A DNA stretch of 38,304 nt, taken from the NCBI RefSeq assembly GCF_001194135.2, contig NC_068991.1:74661457-74699760 (forward strand). Direction: 5' to 3'. The notes below the pieces were generated by a model that saw only the letters and a program-made list of their open reading frames with translations, made no database searches and was not told where the DNA came from. Numbering within the stretch: the stretch's first letter is position 1; every line of letters starts with the position of its first letter. The translations under genes and the position numbers were made by a program. Source of the DNA: Octopus bimaculoides. Its lineage: Eukaryota. This document shows, piece after piece, positions 10,530 through 20,080 of the stretch.

Positions 10530-10742
10530 CAGGGTGACCCAAAAGTAGGTTTACAGTTATTCAACTATCTCTTTCATATTCATATATTAACAGTTTAGAT
10601 TTTAATTATAAAAAAAAATATGAAACCATCATTCTAAGCTAATTTAGTTAATTGTAAGATAGAAATTTAAATGTAATAAAATGTTTTAAAAGAAATTTAA
10701 GGTGCTTATATGATAACTGTAAACCTACTTTTAGGCCTCCCA

Positions 10743-10743
<1 letters not shown>
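10530..10743. mobile_element. Tc1/mariner-type MITE with about 31-bp TIRs and TA target duplication
   Basis: TA|cagggtgacccaaaagtaggtttacagttat ... ataactgtaaacctacttttaggcctcccag|TA (inner 20 bp perfect). The right TA continues as (TA)n(CA)n to 10800. Confidence 0.85.
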
Positions 10744-10800
<57 letters not shown>

Positions 10801-10988
10801 GTCCACTGTTCCCTGCTAGCACGAGTTAGGGGCTGAACAATAACAGCAACAATAGGAAGCAGCACAATCAGAAAACGAAGGTCCAGTCATGGCTGGAACA
10901 CCTTTTAATCAGAGATCCACTCAATCAGGACTAACTTTAGCAACCAAACAACAATAACAACAACAACGGGGTTAGAATATTTACTTAC

Positions 10989-11089
10989 CCAATCCTTTGC
11001 TTGCAAGAGCAACTATTTGAGCTTTTGGATGTGAGGGAGACAACCATGACACCTGATCAGTTACTACATTCCAATAGTAATATCGGTTG
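10989..11089 (-). CDS. PQBP1: PQBP1 coding exon 3 (NRYYYWNVVTDQVSWLSPSHPKAQIVALASKGL), second half of WW domain
   Basis: Acceptor tttgctttcAG|, donor G|GTAAGT, 101 nt (phase 2 to 1). YYYWN..TDQVSWLSP matches human YYWNADTDLVSWLSP. Confidence 0.95.
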
Positions 11090-11142
11090 CTGAAAGCAAA
11101 AAAAACACAATAACACTGTAACATATATATATATATATATAT

Positions 11143-11551
11143 ACTCTTTACTCTCTTTTACTCTTTCAATTGTTTCAGTCATTTGACTGTGGCCATGCTG
11201 GAGCACCGCCTTTAGTTGAGCAAATCTTATTCTTTGTAAGCCTAGTACTTATTCTATCGGTGTGTTTTGCTGAACCGCTAGATTATGGGATCGTAAACAC
11301 ACCAGCATCGGTTGTGAAGTGATGTTGAGGGGGACAAACACAGACACACAAACATATACACACACATACATATATATACATACATACATACATACGACGG
11401 GCTTCTTTCAGTTTCCGTCTACCAAATCCACTCACAAGGCTTTGGTCGGCCCGAGGCTATAGTAGAAGACACTTGCCCAAGGTGCCACGCATTGGGACTG
11501 AACCCGGAACCATGTGGTTGGTAAGCAAGCTACTTACCACACAGACACTCT
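11143..11551 (-). mobile_element. Composite tRNA-derived SINE (tRNA head, ccttgggcaagtgtctt body, internal TA/CA microsatellite, 3' module)
   Basis: Minus strand A-box-like tg(t/g)ctgtgtggtaag and B-box ggttcagtccc. Colinear with 16968-17374. Confidence 0.88.
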
Positions 11552-11589
11552 TGCGCCTAACAATTCTAACAGCCTGCTGCCTTAACAAC

Positions 11590-11902
11590 AGTAAAAATAA
11601 TAGTGATGAAAGTGTAGCTGCTAGAATAAGAATAGCCTGGGCAAAGTTTAGAGAGCTCTTACACCTGCTGGCGACAAAGGGACTCTCACTCAGAGTAAAA
11701 GGTAGACTGTATGACGCATGCGTACAAACAGCCATACTACATGGCAGTGAAACATGGGCTGTAACTGCTGAGGACATGCGTAAGCTCGCAAGGAATGAAG
11801 CCAGTATGCTCCGCTGGATGTGTAATGTCAATGTGAATACCCGTCAGAGTGTAAGTATCTTGAGAGAAAAGCTGAACATTAGAAGCATCAGTTGTGGCGT
11901 GC
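11590..11902 (+). mobile_element. RTE-clade LINE ORF2 C-terminal fragment, open up to the gap
   Basis: SVAARIRIAWAKFRELLHLLATKGLSLRVKGRLYDACVQTAILHGSETWAVTAEDMRKLARNEASMLRWMC, the RTE post-RT GSETW motif. Confidence 0.9.
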
Positions 11903-12359
11903 NNNNNNNNNNNNNNNNNNNNNNNNNNNNNNNNNNNNNNNNNNNNNNNNNNNNNNNNNNNNNNNNNNNNNNNNNNNNNNNNNNNNNNNNNNNNNNNNNN
12001 NNNNNNNNNNNNNNNNNNNNNNNNNNNNNNNNNNNNNNNNNNNNNNNNNNNNNNNNNNNNNNNNNNNNNNNNNNNNNNNNNNNNNNNNNNNNNNNNNNNN
12101 NNNNNNNNNNNNNNNNNNNNNNNNNNNNNNNNNNNNNNNNNNNNNNNNNNNNNNNNNNNNNNNNNNNNNNNNNNNNNNNNNNNNNNNNNNNNNNNNNNNN
12201 NNNNNNNNNNNNNNNNNNNNNNNNNNNNNNNNNNNNNNNNNNNNNNNNNNNNNNNNNNNNNNNNNNNNNNNNNNNNNNNNNNNNNNNNNNNNNNNNNNNN
12301 NNNNNNNNNNNNNNNNNNNNNNNNNNNNNNNNNNNNNNNNNNNNNNNNNNNNNNNNNNN

Positions 12360-12575
12360 CCATTTCGAGCGTGGCCGTTTTCGTGCGGGTGACACGTAAA
12401 AGCACCCACTACACTCTCTGAGTGGTTGGCGTTAGGAAGGGCATCCAGCTGTAGAAACTCTGCCAAATTAGATTGGAGCCTGGTATTGCCATCCGGTTTC
12501 ACCAGTCCTCAGTCAAATCGTCCAACCCATGCTAGCATGGAAAGCGGACGTTAAACGATGATGATGATGATGATG
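12360..12575 (+). mobile_element. (GAT)n-tailed RTE-type 3' module, probably the 3' end of the LINE at 11590 across the gap
   Basis: ttggcgttaggaagggcatccagctgtagaaac...gcggacgttaaac(gat)n, same strand as the upstream RTE ORF. Confidence 0.88.
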
Positions 12576-12698
12576 ATAGATTACTGTTTAATTCACGCTT
12601 CTGATCACATCAGACGAAGCAGTAATGCAGTACAATTTAATGCCAAAACCTAGTATTCAGCAATGTTGGCAACAATGTTAACAGTAAATAATACATAC

Positions 12699-13008
12699 GT
12701 GGCTTTATCTGGAATTTCTTGCCATCCTTCTGGAAGTGGATGTTTCATCAGCATCCGTAATCGGCGCCGTTCTGTTTCAGGGTCAGGTTTGAATGTAATT
12801 TTACCATACCGTTTAAGACAATATTCTGTGCACTTGTGATAAGGATTAGATTTGTTAGGGCATGCCACCTCTTCTAAAGATTCTACTGTTTCATCTTTCT
12901 TAGTGACGGTTTCCTCTTGTAACGTTCCCGGCGCACCAACAGTGTCCATCATACTAAAAGGCTGTGTCGGTTCATCATAATCTTCAGCAAACACTTCCTC
13001 AACATCCT
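12699..13008 (-). CDS. PQBP1: PQBP1 coding exon 2 (EDVEEVFAEDYDE...CPNKSNPYHKCTEYC...LPEGWQEIPDKAT), first half of WW domain
   Basis: Acceptor ttttatttcAG| at 13010-13009, donor AC|GTATGT at 12699/12698, 310 nt (phase 1 to 2). EEVFAEDYD matches human EEEIIAEDYD. Overlaps track ORF 12650..12994. Confidence 0.95.
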
Positions 13009-13039
13009 CTGAAATAAAATTTTTAAATGCTTATGTCAG

Positions 13040-13482
13040 AAGGTGGTTGATAGGTAGAATCCTTAGAGCATCAGACTAATACCAGACTAAATACCTTGAG
13101 GTATTTATCCCAATTCTTTACATTCTGAGTTGAAATCCCACCCTGGTCAACATGGCCCTTCATCCCACCAGGCTCAATAAAATAAAAACTGGTGAAGTAC
13201 TTCATCAATATAATTGATTAGTTCCCTCTCCTGAAAAATCGCTCACCTTGTATGGAAACTAGAAACAGCTATGACTATTATGAGGGCAAAGAACTGGCAG
13301 GGTTGTTAGCACAAAGGGCAAAATGCTTAGTGGCATTTTTACCAGCTTTACACTTTGATTTCAAATTCAGTCAAGGTCTACTTGGCCTTTCATCCTTTTG
13401 AGATCAATATAAGAAGAACCAGTTGAACACTGGCATTGATGAAATTGATCAACTCCCTTCTCCAAATTTAAGGCCTTGAACC
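13040..13482 (+). mobile_element. Two older tandem tRNA-derived SINE copies (gtcgactttgcc family)
   Basis: ctgagttgaaatccc..ggtcaacatggcccttcatccc and gagctggcag-like..ttcaaattc..cttggccttcatcc cores. Confidence 0.7.
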
Positions 13483-13489
13483 TATAGTA

Positions 13490-13565
13490 CAGTGGTTCCC
13501 AGCCCGGGGTCCACAAAGGGAGTACTGGGAGTCCATGTTAAACGACGATGATGATGATGGTGATA

Positions 13566-13642
<77 letters not shown>

Positions 13643-13965
13643 TGCAAAAAGTGCCGTCTGAACATGGCCAATACCAGTAACTCCTGACTGGCTCCTGTGC
13701 TGGTGGCACGTAAAAAGCACCCACTACATTCTCGGAGTGGCTGGCATTAGGAAGGGCATCCAACTGTAGAAACATTGCCAGATCAGATTGGAGCCTGGTG
13801 CAGCCGCTGGCTCTCCAGACTTCAGTCCAACTTTCCAACCCATGCCAACATGGAAAACGGATGTTGATGATGATACATAAGGATAAGTATATTAAAAGGG
13901 GTCTGTAGGAATACTGATTTAAATAAAAGGGTTGGGAATCACTGTGAAAAGGTTGAGAACCACAG
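13490..13965. mobile_element. hAT-type MITE with nested insertions
   Basis: Left TIR cagtggttcccagcc, right ggttgagaaccacag. 8-bp flanks ctatagta / atatagta (7/8 match) fit a hAT TSD. Contains an (ATCT)/(TA) microsatellite and an RTE-type module (13660-13875, +). Confidence 0.65.
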
Positions 13966-14004
13966 ATATAGTAGTAGAAAGAATTATTAATTTGGCAAAA
14001 AAGG

Positions 14005-14335
14005 CAGTGAGCTGGTGGAACCATTAGCACGCCGGGCAAAATGCTTAGCAGTATTGCATCTGCCGCTATGTTCTGGGTTCAACTTTACCTTTCATCCTTT
14101 TGGGGATCGATAAATCAACTTACCCCCTTCCCCAAAGTTTCAAGCCTTGTGCCTAAAGGATTATTCATTTAGCAAAAGGTGATGCAAGCACAGAGTGAGC
14201 AGTGAATTTTGCCAAGAGCACATTGGCGCGGTCATTAATGCAGCGGATAAAAATGCCTTGCGGCATATGTTCTAGCACTTCACATTCTGAGTTCAAATCC
14301 TACCTGAAGCAACTTTGCCTTTCAGCTTTCTGGAA
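14005..14335 (+). mobile_element. Two tRNA-derived SINE fragments
   Basis: gagctggtggaaccattagcacgccgggcaaaatgcttagc..gggttcaac and ctgagttcaaatcc..aactttgcctttca. Confidence 0.75.
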
Positions 14336-14337
14336 TT

Positions 14338-14590
14338 CATCATCATCATCGTTTAACGTCCACTTTCCATGCTAGCATGGGTTGGACGATTTGACTGAGG
14401 ACTGGTGAAACCGGATGGCAACACCAGGCTCCAGTCTGATTTGGCAGAGTTTCTACAGCTGGATGCCCTTCCTAACGCCAACCACTCAGAGAGTGTAGTG
14501 GGTGCTTTTACGTGTCACCCGCACGAAAACGGCCACGCTCGAAATGGTGTCTTTTATGTGCCACCCGCACAAGCCAGTCCAGGGGCACTA
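14338..14590 (-). mobile_element. (GAT)n-tailed RTE-type 3' module, near-identical inverted partner of 12360-12575
   Basis: 4 mismatches over about 205 nt by eye. Shares the variant gtcacccgcacgaaaacggccacgctcgaaatg. Confidence 0.9.
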
Positions 14591-14811
14591 AGTGAATGAC
14601 TGGCCAATTTAATCAACTGACTCCACCATTGAGGCCTTGTTTCAATGTACGTTATCACCAGAAAATAACAAAGGACTGGGAATATACAGCTTCTCAACAA
14701 CAAGCAACTTGGTCTGTTCTGGCCCTTTTTCTCATACTTGAAACTCTTATTTCCTAGCATAAAGCCTCCCTTTTTATTGTACCCAACTCACTTGAATGAG
14801 ATCTTCATGTT

Positions 14812-15175
14812 AGGTGGTTGGCTTTAGGAAGGGCATCCAGTCATAGAAACCATGCCAAAGCATGGACTACAATGGGGTCCTCGGGACCAGTCAGATCCTG
14901 TCAAACTGTTCAACCTATGCAAGAATGGAAACGGATGTTTAAAGATGATGATGATGATATTATTATTATTATTTTATTTACATAGAAGGTGGCAAGTTGG
15001 TAGAATTGATAGCACGCCGGGCAAAATGCTTAGCGGTATTTCGTCTGTAGCTATGTTCTGAGTTCAAATTCCACTGAGGTCGACTTTGCCTTTCATCCTT
15101 ACGGGGTTGATAAATTAGCTACCTGTCAACTATTCCCCTCCCGCAAAAATTCCTGCCCTTGTGGTAAAATTTGAA
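14812..15175 (+). mobile_element. Old RTE-type 3' module (14812-14957) followed by a tRNA-derived SINE (14988-15175)
   Basis: ggctttaggaagggcatccag...(gat)n, then agcacgccgggcaaaatgcttagcggtatttcg..gagttcaaattcc..gtcgactttgcctttcatcc. Confidence 0.8.
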
Positions 15176-16685
15176 ATCATTATTTTATTTACATAGGTTA
15201 CAAGTGGTCAATGATGTCATAATTTCAAAGAATTGGGTAATGTGCTGACTCTTTGGCAATATTCCTTTTCAAATACCAACCATGCCAACCTTGATGTCCT
15301 ATACAAAATAGAATGTGACCATCTTAGATATTATTATAAGCATTGTTTACAAAGACAAGTGCCTTAGCAGCTGACACACAAAATACATAATTATGAAAAC
15401 AGCAACTGAATAAGTTTAATTGACTGTTTTATGTCTGTAAAATATATACGATAAAACGGTAAGTAAAACAGTTTAATTACACTTAGAACTCATCCCTTGT
15501 AAACAATACTGATAATTATGTCTATTGTGAGTCAGCTAAGAAGCTTCCATTCTCTATGTCATTTTTGTTTTTAGTGAGGAGTGAAGATCGGTTTTTGAAA
15601 ACGTACGATTCCGGCAAGTCCACCTGAGGAATGTATAAAAACACCATGGTTAACTTGAGTTTACCGAAACGTGACTTTACTATGTTCGCAAACACTACCA
15701 TACAATCAATCTGTAGAGTAAACACGATTTCGTTTTAGTTTCGTTATTTCAAATAAACCGTAATGTTTTGATAGATTCCCCATTCTCTTCGAGATTAACG
15801 ACGTTATTCTTCACATATACACACATGTCGTGAGCGTTTATAAAGCCGATTGGATGAGTTTTAAAAGCGATTTAGCAGCTATTTCTAGCGGGTCGAGGTA
15901 AATTAGCAGAACTGCGGGCAAAATATATTGCGGTATTTAGTTGCAACCCTTTACATAACAACAGTTTGGTGCCCCCATCCCAAGGGCTTTTGTTTGCTCG
16001 TAATTTTCTGAAAAATGCAAATTCTTTAATGAAATTTCGCATGGGTCCATTTCCCAGGATGTAGATTCCAAACATGATGAGAAGATTTATTTTAGAGAAG
16101 TTCCGGATTATTCTTCTCCGGGCTGTTTACACAAAGCTCTCTTTAAAATGCATGTTTTTAAATGGTATTTTGCAGAAATACGTTTTCGAGTTTCTAGATT
16201 ACGAAATGTTGATATTTCAAACATTTAAATCTGTAAATAAAAAAAAAAAAAGCAAAAATGCTTCTTAAGTTATAAAAATTGATGTCAACACAGCAGAATG
16301 AAGAGGGAAAAATAATCCAAAACTACCCCCAAAAGTTTTTTTCTTTTCCTAAACTTTATAAATATAATCGTAATCCTTGGAAAACGTATCTTTGGAAAAT
16401 ATCATTTAAAGATATTCATTTTCCATAAGTTACAAGGAAACAAATTCGTGGGGTACCATACTGTAGTTATGAACCAAAGATGAGGTTTATCATTAGTAAG
16501 ACTAATTAATTTGAGTTAATTATTGTTTTATAATCTATTTTATAAACAATAAAACATGAAACTAGAATGTTTATAGACATTCAGAGGGTCCTGTATGTGT
16601 TTCTATGTGAAACCCTTCCGTTTTAAACCATAGATCTTTGTTTACTTGCAGATTTGACAACTTTACCAATAAATTACATACTAAC

Positions 16686-16761
16686 CTGGCTTTTTCGGTT
16701 CTTGGGCTTTTATTATCCCCCGTTTGGACAATTTAGCAAGTAAAGCCGCTGGCAAAGGCAT
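16686..16761 (-). CDS. PQBP1: PQBP1 coding exon 1 (MPLPAALLAKLSKRGIIKAQEPKKP, 76 nt, ends phase 1)
   Basis: ATG at 16761-16759. Translation matches the PQBP1 N-terminus (human MPLPVALQTRLAKRGIL). Donor G|GTTAGT at 16686/16685. Confidence 0.93.
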
Positions 16762-16799
16762 TTTTAAAACAAACACAACAAAAAACACGAAGCGAGGGA

Positions 16800-16807
16800 T
16801 TTATATA
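16800..16807 (-). promoter_or_regulatory. Possible TATA-like box (TATATAAA) about 40 nt upstream of the PQBP1 ATG
   Basis: Motif and position only; AT-rich genome so chance occurrence is plausible. Confidence 0.2.
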
Positions 16808-16967
16808 TTTACAACAATTATTACTAGAGGTTATTATGGCTATTATCTCCCTTGTAAGACCTCTCCATCGTTGCTGAAACTTTAAAAAAAACAGCTGCGA
16901 AATCTCCAAATCTCACTTTGAAATCAACGTGGGAAATCTCTGCGTGGTCCCCTCGTGTTGCAAGGAA

Positions 16968-17374
16968 TTACTCTTTTACTTGTTTCAGTCATGTGACTGC
17001 GGCCATGCTGGAGCACCGCCTTTTAGTCGGGCTAATCGACCCCAGGACTTCTTCTTTGTAAGCCTAGTACTTATTCTATCGGTCAGTTTTGCCGAACCGC
17101 TATGTTACGGGGATCGCAAACACACTGGCATCGGTTGTCAAGCGTGTTTGGGGTGGGGGGGGGGACAAACACAGACACTCAAACGCATACATACACATAC
17201 ATATATATATATATATATATACATATATACGACAGGCTTCTTTCAGTTTCCGTCTACCAAATCCACTCACAAGACTTTGGTCGGCCCGAGGCTATAGTAG
17301 AAGACACTTGCCCAAGGGACTGAACCCGGGACCATGTGGTTGGTAAGCAACCTACTTACCACACAGCCACTCCT
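16968..17374 (-). mobile_element. Composite tRNA-derived SINE, essentially full length, about 200 nt upstream of the PQBP1 ATG
   Basis: Minus strand aggagtggctgtgtggtaagtag...gggttcagtccc..ttgggcaagtgtcttctac...gactgaaacaagtaaaagagtaa. Confidence 0.9.
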
Positions 17375-17564
17375 ACGCCTGTATGACAACAAAGTCAGCA
17401 CCTCTTAAATTTCGTTTAGGGCTGCTGTTTTTGGGGGTTTTTACCCTAAAAACTTTCAATTTTTTATGTTTTAAACATTAGAGATTCAGAATCTGTAAAA
17501 GAAAAGAAAAATCTGTGAAAAAAAAACGAATTTTTTTATTCAACTTAATAGAAGAAATTTCGGC

Positions 17565-17720
17565 CATTTATGTCCTAGGCTCAAATTCCGCCGAGGTCGA
17601 CGTTGCCTTTCATCCTCTTGGGATCGATAAAATAGATACCAGTTGAGCACTGGGGTCGATGTAATCGATTAGTCCTTTCCCACCAAAATTTCAGGTCTTA
17701 TGCCTATATTAGAAAGGATT
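17565..17720 (+). mobile_element. tRNA-derived SINE, 5'-truncated
   Basis: ctcaaattccgccgaggtcgacgttgcctttcatcc...ggggtcgatgtaatcga..aaaatttcaggtcttatgcc. Confidence 0.8.
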
Positions 17721-19094
17721 CAATTGAAGAAAAGCTATTCATTTAAAAGCACTTTTTAACTATATTTTTATTTATTCAGAAACTGGTTACGGCTAAGTGA
17801 CTTACAAAGGGCGGTTCTTATTTATTCAATTATTCATTATTATTTTCTTAGATTTCCTTTATATTTGATATATATGAATAAATATATTTTGTTCGAATTT
17901 GCAGCCATTACTTATTTCACTTTCAGAAATATTTAAAATGCTGTTGTTTCTGTTTCGATTTATTGAAGAGTAAAATATTATTTCAAATGCAAATAAAGAA
18001 TATTTATACACTTAGATATTAAAGTTTAAGGAACCATCGATTAGAATTGGTTTTAGAGAACCACGTGCTGGACCATTTGACAAGATGGAGAAACAGATAG
18101 ATATTTATAGGATGAAGCAATGTTATACACAGGTGGAGACCAAGCCCTAGAGTAAGCGCTCCGTAAGGTGAAACGTGGAGATGATAAAATGCTATGTTTT
18201 ATAAAATTAAGATAACTTTACGGAGATGTACTTGTATAGCAAGTGACCTGATCTGAGATCGTGTGTTAGAACGAAAACAATTGCAGCGTGGAAGGTGTTT
18301 ATAAGCCATTTAAGAAACACACAAAAACCGTTAGATTTACTTCAACATTTAAATTTAATTTGTCAAAATATTTTCGTCGCTTTGAGACCGCGACCTGTTC
18401 ACTGACAAAATTCCGCGGGAGCTGGTGTTTGTCATCTTGAAAGACTGCTAACCAACAGAACAACTGGGAATTTCTAGGAAACAAGCTGTTGGGGTGAGTT
18501 AGAAGCCAGATTTGGTTCCAGTTAGACGAAAAATGATGTGATAGTAAAACAGTAAAATATGGAGTTGTTATGATAAAGAACACTGGAATCTGTTTGAGAT
18601 TTTTGATTTAAAAAAAAATATTTATTTTCATCGTAAAAAAAATATCATTACAACGCGCGACAAACACCGCGATAGTGCAATACTTATTGTTCTTGGACTA
18701 GATATGATAATAGCAGTTGTAGTGAGCGCTCTTAGTTGTTAATTCTACTACCGTCTGCTATTTTCTGTGACCGGTCTGATGTCTACTGTCTGTCGTTGGT
18801 GGCTAAAAGGCACTGAATATATAGTGGTGGTCTGGTTCAGAAAAGCTCGCCGAAAATAAAATTGTTGTTAGCTCCACACGAAATCTTGAATGGTTTTGCG
18901 ATCGTATTCTTGAGGGTTTTTTTGCTAAATATTCCTGCTACAGAGTCATAAAAAGTAAGAAGCAGACCAGGAAATACTGGAATAAAGGAAGGATGGCAGT
19001 TGAGAACAATATCGAATAATTAGAGTAGAAGCTAGACATTAGGTATTCTTAGCGTGAGGAAAGGCAGAAAACAAGCGGTTTGTCAATGTTCTAC

Positions 19095-19545
19095 GACTGA
19101 AGGTAGGAGGCGTGACGTATTCCAGATTGCAAAAGTGAAGTGCAGATTATTTGATGCTGGTATAAGAACTGTCATACTGCAACAGTAAAGACATAGGCTT
19201 TGAATGCAGAGGATTTGTAAATAGTAGGAAGAAAAGAAACCAGCATGCGTTGTTGGATGTGTCATGTTAATATGCATGAACGAAAGCGTCTAAATGAACT
19301 CAAAGAAAAACTGATTATTAGATGAATCAGATACAGTGTGCAAGAAAGAAGACTTCACCGTGATGTGTATGGAAATAACAAGTGCATAGAGAAGCCCCGA
19401 GCTTTCAAAGTGGAAGCAGGCTGAGGAAAAAAGAACAAAACTAACTTGGTCTCAACTCAAGTATGATGTAGGTCTCTGGAAACATGGAATCAAAAGTGAA
19501 GTCCAATTATACAAACCATAACACGAGTCTTTCCACAAACCGATA
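19095..19545 (+). mobile_element. Decayed RTE-clade ORF2 C-terminal fragment
   Basis: With frameshifts: KVKCRLFDAGIRTVIL..ALNAEDL..KETSMRCWMCHVNMHERKRLNELKEKL..RYSVQERRL, colinear with the 11590 peptide. Confidence 0.7.
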
Positions 19546-19794
19546 CATTTTTCATCACTCATGTGGTATTCCTTGCGTGAGTGTATTATTTTTAGAACGA
19601 AGAAATATATCCATATACTCTATAATTGGCAGTGTGTCTCCTTTTCTTTCCTTGTTTGTCCATCCCCTTCATACATGCACCATAGGCAATTTTTGTTTAT
19701 AATACTTTAAATATTTCTATCTTTTGGTTTGAGTATACTAATATGTCTTTTAGTTTGATGAATACTGAGAAGGTACACACGTTGTAAGTTTAAT

Positions 19795-20080
19795 TGCCTA
19801 TGTATAAATTGTATATAGTTACATGCATACACTTACTCACATTCACACACATATTTATACACGCACATAAACGCATGCATACTTACATATATAATACAGA
19901 AGTACACACATACACATATAACGACGTGCATGCAGGCACGCATAAGTACACACATACATATACACACATATGTACACATATATATACATATACATCCATG
20001 TATGTATCCATATATATAAAACATACACACGTATATGATACATACATACATACGTTCATACACACACGCGCGCGCATGTA
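19795..20080. repeat. Low-complexity TA/CA-rich tract
   Basis: Direct reading. Explains four spurious Y/M/C/V/H/T-rich ORFs. Confidence 0.9.

Noticed and set aside
11737-12502. Several 166-222 aa ORFs
   Set aside because: They are open only because of the 457-N gap.
15522-15725. Minus-strand ORF with a good acceptor-like cag as an extra PQBP1 exon in intron 1
   Set aside because: Exons 1 and 2 already join in phase to give a PQBP1-like sequence (KKPE-DVEEVFAEDYD). This ORF has no similarity to PQBP1 and ends in a stop. Cannot exclude a poison exon without RNA data.
15960-16330. Possible non-autonomous DNA transposon remnants (also about 18220-18410, 20680-20900 and 21780-22010)
   Set aside because: They have the texture of DNA-TE internal sequence, but I could not identify paired TIRs, TSDs or a second copy in the window, so they are not called.
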